Positions 1 to 8,092 of a stretch of 64,000 nt of DNA are shown here, piece after piece. A model generated the notes under the pieces. That model did not search any database. It saw only the letters and a list, made by a program, of their open reading frames with translations, and had not been told where the DNA came from. How positions within the stretch are numbered: position 1 is the stretch's first letter; the number at the start of each line of letters is the position of its first letter. This stretch comes from Spirochaetia bacterium (GTDB taxonomy: Bacteria; Spirochaetota; Spirochaetia; DSM-27196; PWMO01): contig JAWLED010000001.1 of NCBI GenBank assembly GCA_041686235.1, positions 34,524-98,523 of the forward strand. The letters run 5' to 3'. The translations under genes and the position numbers were made by a program.

Positions 1-2520
1 GACCAGATGAATGGCCTTCAACGGTTGGCGGGTCTTGAGATCGTGCATCCGCCGCAACGCGCGTCCCATACTCACCGTACGCTGTATCGTGCCCATCTTC
101 CACTCGAGGTCGGTGTTGCGCTGAGCGGGGTCCGCGACCGGGTAATCGGCGAGATGTACCGATTCGGGGTCCGACTCGGTGCGCAAGTTTCGATACACGG
201 CCTCGGTTACGAAGGGAATGAACGGAGCCGCGGTTTTTACCAACGTCTTGAGCACCGAGTAGAGCGTCGCGTAGGCTTCCTGCTTGTCGGCATCGTTCTC
301 GCTGCGCCAGAAGCGGCGACGGGAACGGCGAATGTACCAGTTGTTGAGGTTATCGATGAACGCCACGATGGGCTCTATGGCCCTTTGCAGGTCGTAGTCG
401 TCGAGGCTTGCCGTGACCTCCTCGGTGAGCCGCAGAGACTCCGAAAGAATCCACTGGTCGAGCGGATTGCCCGGGTTCGACGGCGCACCGGTTGGTTGCA
501 CACCGTCGATATTGGCGTAGGTGACGAAGAACGTGTAGGAGTTCCACAACGGGATGATGACGTTCTTGAGAACCTCTTTGACCCCTTCGTCGGTATACTT
601 GAGGTCCTCGCCGCGAACAACGGCGGAGTTCATCAGAAACAACCGCAGCGCGTCGGCGCCAAAACGCTGGATAACATCTACCGGATCGGTGTAGTTGCGT
701 TGGCTCTTGGACATCTTCTTGCCGTCGGGTGCAAGAACAAGCCCGTTCACCACGCAATTGTTGAACGCCGGCGAGTCGAACAGGGCCGCCGCCAGCACGG
801 TAAGCGTATAGAACCACCCACGCGTCTGATCGAGGCCTTCGCAAATGAAATCCGCCGGGAAATTGCGCTCCACGAAGTCTTTGTTTTCGAAGGGATAGTG
901 GTTCTGAGCGTAGGGCATCGCCCCCGACTCGAACCAGCAATCAAGTACTTCGGGAATACGCCGCATGGTTCCCGAGCCGTCGGGCGCCGGCCAGGTAATT
1001 TCGTCCACGTAGTGCTTGTGAAGATCAGGCACCTTCTGGCCGGACTTTTCCTCCAGCTCCTCGCGGGAGCCGATACACTCGGTGTAGTCACTCCCGTCGG
1101 ACTTCCAGATGGGGAGCGGGTTACCCCAATAGCGGTTGCGCGAGATGGCCCAATCCTTGGCGCCTTCCAGCCACTTGCCGAAACGTCCCGTTTTAATATG
1201 CTCGGGCACCCAGTGGATGCGATTGTTGGCGGCGAGCATGCTCTCTTTGATCTTGGCGATATCGACAAACCACGAGGTGACCGCCCGATAGATCAGCGGT
1301 TGATTGGTTCGATAGCAGTGCGGATAGGCGTGGTTGTAGTTCTCCCGCTTTATGAGCTTAGCTTCCGCTTTGAGTTTTTTGATGATTTCTTTGTCCGCGT
1401 CCTTCACGAACATACCCTCGAAGTCCCACACTTCGGAGGTAAACTTCGCGTCGGCATCGATCGGCACGAGCACGGGAAGCCCGGTCCCCTGCATGACCTC
1501 GTAGTCTTCTTCGCCGAACCCGGGGGCGGTATGCACGATACCCGTTCCCTCTTCGGTGGTGACATAGTCGGCCACGAAGGTGCGGAATGCTCCCTCCTCT
1601 TTGAGGTGCTCAAAATAGGGAAAAAGGGGCTCGTACTTCATGTCCGCAAGGTCACTCCCGCGGAACCGTTCGACGATTTCGTACTCGGACTCCGATTTGT
1701 AATACGCCGACAGACGTTCTTCGGCGAGGAGAAAGTGGTCGTCGCCGTCTTTGACCACGGCGTAGGTGACCTCGGGGCCGAAGGTGATGCCGAGGTTCGA
1801 CGGCAGCGTCCACGGCGTCGTGGTCCATGCGAGCAGGTACGTATTGGCCGGCAACTCCACCGGTTGCTCGACATCCTCGCGAACCTTGAAGCGCACCGTT
1901 ATGGCGGGGTCGGTGATCTCCCAATAGCCGCCGAGGTTGACCTCGAAGTTCGAAAGCGGCGTTGCGAGGCCGGGACTATAGGGCAGAATGTAATAGCCTT
2001 CATAGACGAGACCCTTGTCCCACAGGCGTTTGAACACCCACCAGATGGACTCCATGTAGCTCGGATCCATCGTCTTGTAGTCGTTGTCGAAGTCCACCCA
2101 TCTGCCCATGCGGGTGACGATTCGGCGCCACTCGGAGGTATAGCGAAGCACGATGGAGCGGCAGGCCTCGTTGAACTTGCCGACTCCGTACTCTTCGATC
2201 TCGGCGCGCCCGGAGATGCCGAGCTCCTTTTCCATTTCGTACTCGACCGGCAGACCGTGACAATCCCACCCGAAACGCCGATCCACATACTTCCCCTTCA
2301 TCGTTTGATAGCGAGGAATGATATCTTTGATGGTCCCCGGAACGAAGTGACCAAAATGCGGCAAGCCGGTGGCAAACGGGGGACCGTCGTAGAAGACGAA
2401 CTCTTCGTTTCCCTCGCGGTTCTCGAGAGAGCGCTTGAAAATGTCGTTCTCTTCCCAAAACGTAATGATGCTCTCTTCGAGCTCCGGGAAACTTACTTTT
2501 GGATCAACAGGTTCGTACAA
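1..2520 (-). CDS. ileS: Isoleucyl-tRNA synthetase (type 2), first 840 codons; 3' end lies beyond window start
   Basis: Absent from the ORF track (no stop in window). Manual minus-strand translation starts at TTG 2520, with GGAGG 5 nt upstream. It gives [32 protein letters not shown]...[15 protein letters not shown] (HIGH), [19 protein letters not shown] at ~1320 and [12 protein letters not shown] (KMSKS) at ~715. The frame stays open to position 1. Confidence 0.9.
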   Translation of the reverse strand, partial: MYEPVDPKVSFPELEESIITFWEENDIFKRSLENREGNEEFVFYDGPPFATGLPHFGHFVPGTIKDIIPRYQTMKGKYVDRRFGWDCHGLPVEYEMEKELGISGRAEIEEYGVGKFNEACRSIVLRYTSEWRRIVTRMGRWVDFDNDYKTMDPSYMESIWWVFKRLWDKGLVYEGYYILPYSPGLATPLSNFEVNLGGYWEITDPAITVRFKVREDVEQPVELPANTYLLAWTTTPWTLPSNLGITFGPEVTYAVVKDGDDHFLLAEERLSAYYKSESEYEIVERFRGSDLADMKYEPLFPYFEHLKEEGAFRTFVADYVTTEEGTGIVHTAPGFGEEDYEVMQGTGLPVLVPIDADAKFTSEVWDFEGMFVKDADKEIIKKLKAEAKLIKRENYNHAYPHCYRTNQPLIYRAVTSWFVDIAKIKESMLAANNRIHWVPEHIKTGRFGKWLEGAKDWAISRNRYWGNPLPIWKSDGSDYTECIGSREELEEKSGQKVPDLHKHYVDEITWPAPDGSGTMRRIPEVLDCWFESGAMPYAQNHYPFENKDFVERNFPADFICEGLDQTRGWFYTLTVLAAALFDSPAFNNCVVNGLVLAPDGKKMSKSQRNYTDPVDVIQRFGADALRLFLMNSAVVRGEDLKYTDEGVKEVLKNVIIPLWNSYTFFVTYANIDGVQPTGAPSNPGNPLDQWILSESLRLTEEVTASLDDYDLQRAIEPIVAFIDNLNNWYIRRSRRRFWRSENDADKQEAYATLYSVLKTLVKTAAPFIPFVTEAVYRNLRTESDPESVHLADYPVADPAQRNTDLEWKMGTIQRTVSMGRALRRMHDLKTRQPLKAIHLV

Positions 2521-2541
2521 AACTACCTCCCATCATCGGGT

Positions 2542-2574
2542 AAAAAATGGCGAGACACCCCTTTCCGGGTATCT
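2542..2574 (-). terminator. Rho-independent terminator-like hairpin between the membrane-protein gene and ileS
   Basis: Minus-strand RNA AGAUACCC-GGAAAG-GGGUGUCU forms an 8-bp stem with one G-U pair. It is followed by CGCCAUUUUUUA (U6 run, plus 2542-2547). Confidence 0.5.
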
Positions 2575-2639
2575 GTGGGCGAGGAATCCTCGAAAGTGTA
2601 GGGAACGGGTGCATGCGCTGTCAAGGTGAGCCGCGCGCC

Positions 2640-3200
2640 CTACTTCGATTCCCGCGCCAGGCCCCGAGCAATCGGAGCGGCAATAATCGGAATCAAAATG
2701 AGCTGCAGCATTGCGGCTATAATTCCCGGGGCCATGGTAGCCCCGACAAATGCGGCAAGGGATCCGTCGATACGACCAAGCAGGAATGCCATGACGATAA
2801 AAGCAATACGGCCGCCAACGAGGGCAAGCGCGACTGAAACAAACGTGTTTAGGCGACCCTTCTCCCGAGCAACACCAGCGATGAAACCGTAGAGGCCTAC
2901 CTCTACGGTCATAAGCGGAAGGAGAGGCATCATCGGCAGGCCGGTGAAAAAGGTGTTGAGCGCCGGTGCGGCGAAGCCGGCAATTGCACCGGCTTTCCAC
3001 CCCAGTACCACTGCGGCAAGAATGACGGTCCAATGCATGGGAAGTACGGCGGCGCCGTTTATACCAAGAGCGTGAGCCAGGGCCGGGAGCACTACTGCGA
3101 GTGCCACCAGCCCTGCCTCGGTTGCATAGACTACAATGCCCTGAAATCCGACCAGGGGCGGACGGAGGATGGAATCCTCGGACCTGCTCGAGCCGCTCAT
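2640..3200 (-). CDS. Polytopic membrane protein, ECF-transporter S-component-like
   Basis: 186 aa with 5-6 hydrophobic helices. The pattern LPMHWTVILAAVVLGWKAGAIAGF...GLPMMPLLPLMTVEVGLYGFIAG resembles the ECF substrate-capture family as I remember it. ATG at 3200. Confidence 0.5.
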   Translation of the reverse strand: MSGSSRSEDSILRPPLVGFQGIVVYATEAGLVALAVVLPALAHALGINGAAVLPMHWTVILAAVVLGWKAGAIAGFAAPALNTFFTGLPMMPLLPLMTVEVGLYGFIAGVAREKGRLNTFVSVALALVGGRIAFIVMAFLLGRIDGSLAAFVGATMAPGIIAAMLQLILIPIIAAPIARGLARESK

Positions 3201-3335
3201 TGCCGTAAATATAGCACCCGGAGTCGCGTTTGACTACCACTCACGAGTGAAAATCCTCCGAGAAACGCCGCTCTTTTACCGGCGGACTCCCACTGCAACC
3301 GGCGGTCGGTCGGCCCTGCGCCCACGCCCCCCGAC

Positions 3336-4427
3336 TCACGGAGTCTCGGCGCGCTCATCAGCGTCGAAGCGCTCAAAGAGTATACCGTATTGCTCAGGTG
3401 TTAGCCGTCCACCGAGGTTTTTCACCGAGAGCGCCGCCGCAGTGTTCGCGATACGGCAGCACGCACCAAGCGGCTTTCCACCCAGCAGGGCCGCAAGGAA
3501 GCCCCCGGCGAATACATCGCCGGCTCCCGTGTCGTCGACCACGGTCTCGACCGGATCGCCGGGATAGTCGCGGCGCTCCCCCCGGCTAAACACGGCGGCA
3601 CCAGCGGGCCCCTTTTTCACGACCACGATAAAACCGGCCTCGACAAGCGTATTCCTCGCCTCCTCCAGGCCGCCCGCGCATGCCTCGACCTCCGCCTCAG
3701 TGCCAAACACAATGGGGGCTCGGTTCCACCCCAACCGGTCTCCTGCCTCGACTATGCGGGCTTGCACCGCCGACCAGTACGCTCCGACCGGCATGGGGTG
3801 AGCAAGGTCTATGCTCAATAGGGCACCGGAGTTAGCCGCATATTCAACCACATGCTCGACGAGGCGGCGACGTGAAAACGCGTATCCCTCGAGGTGCACA
3901 ACGTCCGGATTCTTCGGCAGGGAGTCCTCGAGTTCGGTCGCTGCCGCAGCGGCCCCGGGGGCAACGATCACGTGCGTTTCGCTCCCCCTTCCCATCTCCA
4001 TCCCGCGCGTCACGCCCGGCTTTTCCCGGTCTTGGCTCGCATCCTTTTCTGTACGTGTGTCCCCGGCACGCGGCATGGAGGGGGCAAGGGTCACACAGAC
4101 GCCGGTCGGCTCCGGTGACTCGTGAAGACAGTCGGCTATCCCCGCTTCGCCGAGGGCGGCACGGTAGCGTTCCCCCTGCGCGTCGCGGCCCACAACACCG
4201 ACGAGATACGCTTGATGGGAAAACATAGCAAGGACCGCAAGGGTGTTTCGCGCGGATCCACCGGCGACCCACGCGCCGCCGTGCAGATTCTCGAGCGTCT
4301 TCCCCATCTGTGCGGCACTTGTGTGATGGGTACCCGACTCACCGGCCGGAGGAACAAGGTGCGCGTTTTCCCCGGCAGGAGCAAACACGTCAAAGAGCGG
4401 ATTTCCGATACCGACGATACGTGCCAC
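3336..4427 (-). CDS. PfkB-family carbohydrate/nucleoside kinase (adenosine-kinase-like) with internal low-complexity insert
   Basis: N-terminal IVGIGNPLFDVF and C-terminal DTGAGDVFAGGFLAAL anion-hole motif. GTG start at 4427, 3 nt after the vapC stop. Confidence 0.85.
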   Translation of the reverse strand: MARIVGIGNPLFDVFAPAGENAHLVPPAGESGTHHTSAAQMGKTLENLHGGAWVAGGSARNTLAVLAMFSHQAYLVGVVGRDAQGERYRAALGEAGIADCLHESPEPTGVCVTLAPSMPRAGDTRTEKDASQDREKPGVTRGMEMGRGSETHVIVAPGAAAAATELEDSLPKNPDVVHLEGYAFSRRRLVEHVVEYAANSGALLSIDLAHPMPVGAYWSAVQARIVEAGDRLGWNRAPIVFGTEAEVEACAGGLEEARNTLVEAGFIVVVKKGPAGAAVFSRGERRDYPGDPVETVVDDTGAGDVFAGGFLAALLGGKPLGACCRIANTAAALSVKNLGGRLTPEQYGILFERFDADERAETP

Positions 4428-4429
4428 CG

Positions 4430-4888
4430 CTACATCTCCCGGGCCCGTATATGGCCTGCCGCCGCATATTGCAACAACGTCGGGTCGGCGGTAGCAAGAA
4501 CGGCATGACGTACGCGCGCGGCGGCAACGATCAGACGGTCGGCACCGTCGCCGGCGAAACCGGCCGGCAGCGCTGCCGCCTCGGCTGCCGTCTCGGCATC
4601 AATCTCTATAACACGCAATCCCGGCGTTTCGATCGCGCTATCGATCCAATCCCGAAGCGGGATAGCCGGGCGAATACGGCCTTGCGAGACGTAAGTGGCC
4701 GTCTCGAACAACGAAATACTGCACAAAAGCAGGTTCCCGGTCTCCGAAGCGCCCTCGATATCGGCAAGAACCGGTGACGACTCGAGGCGCACGTCTCCGT
4801 TCATGAGCCATAAAAATACATGGGTGTCCAGAAGGACTCGCTCACCGAGAATCGACGCCCCCCGGCAACTCGCCGGTAGGCCCCACAA
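4430..4888 (-). CDS. vapC: PIN-domain toxin VapC (type II TA)
   Basis: LLDTHVFLW (Asp), SISLFET (Glu), GDGADRLIVAAA (Asp) and LATADP (Asp) match the acidic PIN quartet. TTG 4888 is the only in-frame start upstream of the PIN core. It overlaps the antitoxin 3' end by 47 nt. Confidence 0.8.
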   Translation of the reverse strand: MWGLPASCRGASILGERVLLDTHVFLWLMNGDVRLESSPVLADIEGASETGNLLLCSISLFETATYVSQGRIRPAIPLRDWIDSAIETPGLRVIEIDAETAAEAAALPAGFAGDGADRLIVAAARVRHAVLATADPTLLQYAAAGHIRAREM

Positions 4889-5075
4889 TGTCTCCGCCTA
4901 CAGTGAGAAGCCCACCCATTCGCCCAAAGACGGGGCTCGGCTTGTCCTCCTGCAGAGAGATCATTTGCGCTACCGGCTGTCCGCGTTTGGTTACAACTAC
5001 TCGCTCGTGCGTGTCCCGCACGTGATCCATGAGACTCAGGCACTGTGCCTTGAACCTACCTGCGGCAATCTCCAT
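4842..5075 (-). CDS. Phd/YefM-family antitoxin
   Basis: 77 aa. MEIAAGRFKAQCLSLMDHVRDTHERVVVTKRGQPVAQMISLQE matches the typical Phd/YefM N-terminus. GGGAGG RBS; lies directly upstream of vapC. Confidence 0.8.
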   Translation of the reverse strand: MEIAAGRFKAQCLSLMDHVRDTHERVVVTKRGQPVAQMISLQEDKPSPVFGRMGGLLTVGGDIVGPTGELPGGVDSR

Positions 5076-5113
5076 TCAGCAGCCTCCCAGTTTCTACCAC
5101 TGCTCAATGTGTA

Positions 5114-5139
5114 TGACCATGGTCATGGTACCATGGTCA
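5114..5139 (-). promoter_or_regulatory. Nested palindromes, candidate TA operator
   Basis: TGACCATGGTCATGGTACCATGGTCA. ACCATGGT occurs twice, 14 bp apart (5116-5123 and 5130-5137). The overlapping 12-bp palindrome CATGGTACCATG lies between them. The site is 40-65 nt upstream of the antitoxin ATG. Confidence 0.4.
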
Positions 5140-5279
5140 CAAAGAATGCGCAAGCATTTTTGCCGATTTTTTGCCGTGCAGGCGCAAAAAGCTTCACCAC
5201 TGTTGGTGGGCGGAGTTTCACCCCCTATCCCTGGTGTGTTACACTATAGATAGAGAAATACTCATGTGTGGAGAGGACC

Positions 5280-5993
5280 ATGAAAAGACTTCCGGCAATA
5301 CTTGGAACACTAGTTCTCATTGTTTTCCTCTTCTCGTGTCAGACGGCACCTGAAGAGGCACCTGATGAGGAGACACCTGAAGAAACTCAGGCAGAAGAAG
5401 AAACGACCGCCCCACCACCGGATGAGCAACGAGATCGCGCCGAAGAAATGCGTGATTTCATTGCGCAGTACGAGCTCGGGCAATTCGCCGAGGAAGAGTT
5501 CGAAACCGGCGAAAACGCCTTCACGTCTGCTCAGAGCGCCTACGGAGAGGACAACGAGCTGGCGGCAGAGCTCTTCGTCGAAGCCGGCGATAGCTACGAG
5601 CGGGTCATCAACACCGGCATCCAAGAGCTGCAAAGCAACTGGGAAAGCGAAATCGAAGACCTCGATGCGGAGGCCCAGGAGCTCAAGGCGCCGCGCGCTA
5701 TGCAGAGCGAATACGAGGCGGCACGCTCAACGCTCGAAGACGCACGGGAAGCGTTCGACGCCGAGGATTACGACGCGGCGGCCGGGTATTATCAAGACTC
5801 CCTGGAACAACACGAGGATGTTGTGCGACAGACGCGCCGCAAACGCGAACGCGCCGTACAAGCGCTCGAAAACATCGACTCCGACATGCGTGACACCGAA
5901 GGCGATATCGACGACTTGCAGCGTGAGCAAGAGGACTTCGAGCCCGAAGATGAAGAAGACGATGAAGAAGATGAAGAAGAAGGCCAGTCCTGA
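5280..5993 (+). CDS. Acidic coiled-coil lipoprotein, unknown function
   Basis: GGAGAGGA RBS before ATG 5280. MKRLPAILGTLVLIVFLFSC has a signal peptide and lipobox Cys. The mature part is extremely D/E-rich and ends in EDEEDDEEDEEEGQS. Confidence 0.7.
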   Translation: MKRLPAILGTLVLIVFLFSCQTAPEEAPDEETPEETQAEEETTAPPPDEQRDRAEEMRDFIAQYELGQFAEEEFETGENAFTSAQSAYGEDNELAAELFVEAGDSYERVINTGIQELQSNWESEIEDLDAEAQELKAPRAMQSEYEAARSTLEDAREAFDAEDYDAAAGYYQDSLEQHEDVVRQTRRKRERAVQALENIDSDMRDTEGDIDDLQREQEDFEPEDEEDDEEDEEEGQS

Positions 5994-6008
5994 TCGAGGA
6001 GTTAAGAC

Positions 6009-6704
6009 ATGAAAAGTATACGAATCATCAGTATAACAATCGTTCTGGTACTGGCGGTCACCGGCATGGCGGTCGGCCAGAATTTCCTGACCGATAATCC
6101 GTACTACGAAGAGGCCCAAGAGCTCCGCCGGCAAGCCGAGCAGGCCATCGAGGACGGCGACTACGAGGAATCGGTCGAGCTGTCCGAAGAAGCGCAAGAG
6201 CTCACACAACAGGCACGCGAGTGGGCCCAACGGCAACTTCTGCGCTATCAGGCGAACTCGTGGACCAACCGGGCTCAAGAACGTCTACAAGAAGCAAAGG
6301 ATTGGGATGCCGAGGAACACTTCCCAGACGAGTTCGAAAACGCCGGCGAGTTCTATGATGAAGCAGAGTCGCTGTTCTCGGACGAGGAGTATGAGGAAAG
6401 CATTCAGGCCTCGCGAAACGTGATCGCCGCACTCGAAGACATACGGCGGGTAGAGAAGACTCAGGAAGACCTCAAGCCCCGATACTATGAGGTACGCCTC
6501 ATCCCCGACCGTCGCGACTGCTTCTGGCGGATTGCCGAATATGAGTTTATCTATGACGACCCGTGGGAATGGCGCAGAATCTACGAGGCAAACAAAGATA
6601 AGCTTCCCGATCCCGATAACCCCGACCTGATTCTTCCGGGCACGAGGCTGCGCATCCCGAGTATGGAAGGTGAACAGCGCTCCGGAACCTACGAGCCCGA
6701 ATAA
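6009..6704 (+). CDS. Secreted acidic coiled-coil protein with C-terminal LysM domain
   Basis: GAGGAG RBS and an N-terminal signal/anchor. C-terminal YYEVRLIPDRRDCFWRIAEYEFIYDDPWEWRRIYEANKDKLPDPDNPDLILPGTRLRIP fits the LysM fold pattern. Confidence 0.8.
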   Translation: MKSIRIISITIVLVLAVTGMAVGQNFLTDNPYYEEAQELRRQAEQAIEDGDYEESVELSEEAQELTQQAREWAQRQLLRYQANSWTNRAQERLQEAKDWDAEEHFPDEFENAGEFYDEAESLFSDEEYEESIQASRNVIAALEDIRRVEKTQEDLKPRYYEVRLIPDRRDCFWRIAEYEFIYDDPWEWRRIYEANKDKLPDPDNPDLILPGTRLRIPSMEGEQRSGTYEPE

Positions 6705-6755
6705 CAAACACCCGGCGCCCCTGTTGGCGCGCCGAAGCAAAACGGTCGACATCCC

Positions 6756-6782
6756 AAGCGCGGGGCGTAAAGCCCCGCGCTT
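6756..6782 (+). terminator. GC-rich terminator hairpin after the LysM gene
   Basis: AAGCGCGGGGC-GTAAA-GCCCCGCGCTT is a perfect 11-bp stem followed by GATT. There is no long U-tract. Confidence 0.5.
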
Positions 6783-6809
6783 GATTCCGCCCTCATCGGC
6801 GCGTATATT
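6781..6809 (+). promoter_or_regulatory. Sigma70-like promoter for the transaldolase-family gene
   Basis: TTGATT (6781-6786), 17-nt spacer, TATATT (6804-6809). It lies 18 nt upstream of ATG 6827, which has a GGGGGAAGG RBS. Confidence 0.45.
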
Positions 6810-6826
6810 CAGACGAGGGGGAAGGC

Positions 6827-8065
6827 ATGTCGACGATCGATAGCGCAACCATAGATAAGGTAAAAGAGCTCGTCAAAAAGGATATCACGCTTGGTGCCCC
6901 GCGGGAGAGCGGCACTACGGATGAGTTCTGGCAGCGCCTGCGAGCAACAGGAACGGAACTGTGGCTGGACACCGGCGACATGGAAGCGGCCTCAGAGCTG
7001 TGGACCGCCGAGATGACCGCCCTCACAACCAATAACACCCTGCTCAACAAAGAAATACAGAAAGGCATATATGACGATTTCATCGGCGAGGCTGCCGGCA
7101 TACTCGGCAACCTCGATCATGCTCAGAAGATTTTCGAGATCGGCTTTATTCTCAACGCCCGCCATGGTCTGAGACTGGTAGAGACGTTCGGCGGCGATGT
7201 CAGTGTCGAGCTCCATACCGACCTCGCCCACGATTTTGATGGAATCATTCACTATGGCCGCCGGTTTCACGAAATCGAGCCGGACCGATTCATTGTCAAG
7301 GTACCCCTGACCGCTACCGGCCTTCTCGGCGCGCGCAAGCTCCGCGAAGAGGGCATTCGTGTCAACTTTACCCTCGAGTTCTCCGCGCGCCAGAACGCGG
7401 TGGTGGCGGCGGCCGCCAAACCGAACTACTGCAACGTTTTTCTCGGCCGCCTCAACGCATATGTTACCGACAATGGACTCGGCGACGGGGTCAACGTGGG
7501 AGAAAAGGCGACCATTGCCTCACAAAATGTCGTCCGCGAGATAACCGCGGGACGGGCCGTGCCCACGAAACAAATCGCGGCGAGCCTGCGCAGCGGCGAT
7601 CAAGTCGGCAAGCTCGCGGGAGTCGACGTCTTTACCATGCCGACGAAGGTGGCCAAAGAAGCCCGTGAAACGCTACAGGCCGATTTCACCTCACAATTGA
7701 ACACCGACTATCAAGTGGAGCTCAACCCGGGAATTGATCAGTCCGAGGTGCGCATAGAGAAGCTGTGGGAGGTCGACGAGAACGTACGACGTTTTGCACG
7801 GAGCCTCGACGAAGACACGCCCGAGACCGCAGAGGCACTTACCGAGCGGGCGGCCGAGATGGGTTTGACCGATATGTTTCCGCGAATAACCACCTCGGAG
7901 ATGGAGCAGATCACCTCAGACGGAAAGATTCCCAAGCATGAGCGATGGAGCTCCCGCATAAAGGCAGGGGATCTCGCCGCAGACACGCTACTCAACCTCG
8001 CCGGGTTGGCGTCTTTTACACAAGACCAGAAAGCGTTAGATGAGCGCATCGCAGGGCTCATTTAG
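6827..8065 (+). CDS. Transaldolase-family protein (long form with ~100-aa C-terminal extension)
   Basis: ELWLDTGD, FIVKVPLT (Schiff-base Lys context) and NFTLEFS motifs. Confidence 0.8.
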   Translation: MSTIDSATIDKVKELVKKDITLGAPRESGTTDEFWQRLRATGTELWLDTGDMEAASELWTAEMTALTTNNTLLNKEIQKGIYDDFIGEAAGILGNLDHAQKIFEIGFILNARHGLRLVETFGGDVSVELHTDLAHDFDGIIHYGRRFHEIEPDRFIVKVPLTATGLLGARKLREEGIRVNFTLEFSARQNAVVAAAAKPNYCNVFLGRLNAYVTDNGLGDGVNVGEKATIASQNVVREITAGRAVPTKQIAASLRSGDQVGKLAGVDVFTMPTKVAKEARETLQADFTSQLNTDYQVELNPGIDQSEVRIEKLWEVDENVRRFARSLDEDTPETAEALTERAAEMGLTDMFPRITTSEMEQITSDGKIPKHERWSSRIKAGDLAADTLLNLAGLASFTQDQKALDERIAGLI

Positions 8066-8092
8066 CGAGTCCGACTCGCCCGGGGTCTCCTT

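Noticed and set aside
7-2601. The longest ORF in the track (864 aa, plus strand).
   Set aside because: Its codons are exactly phase-aligned antisense to ileS, whose HIGH and KMSKS motifs I read on the minus strand. In that phase, antisense stops arise only opposite sense TTA, CTA or TCA codons, which are avoided in this GC-rich genome. The predicted protein is Arg/Gly/Val-rich with no recognisable motif.
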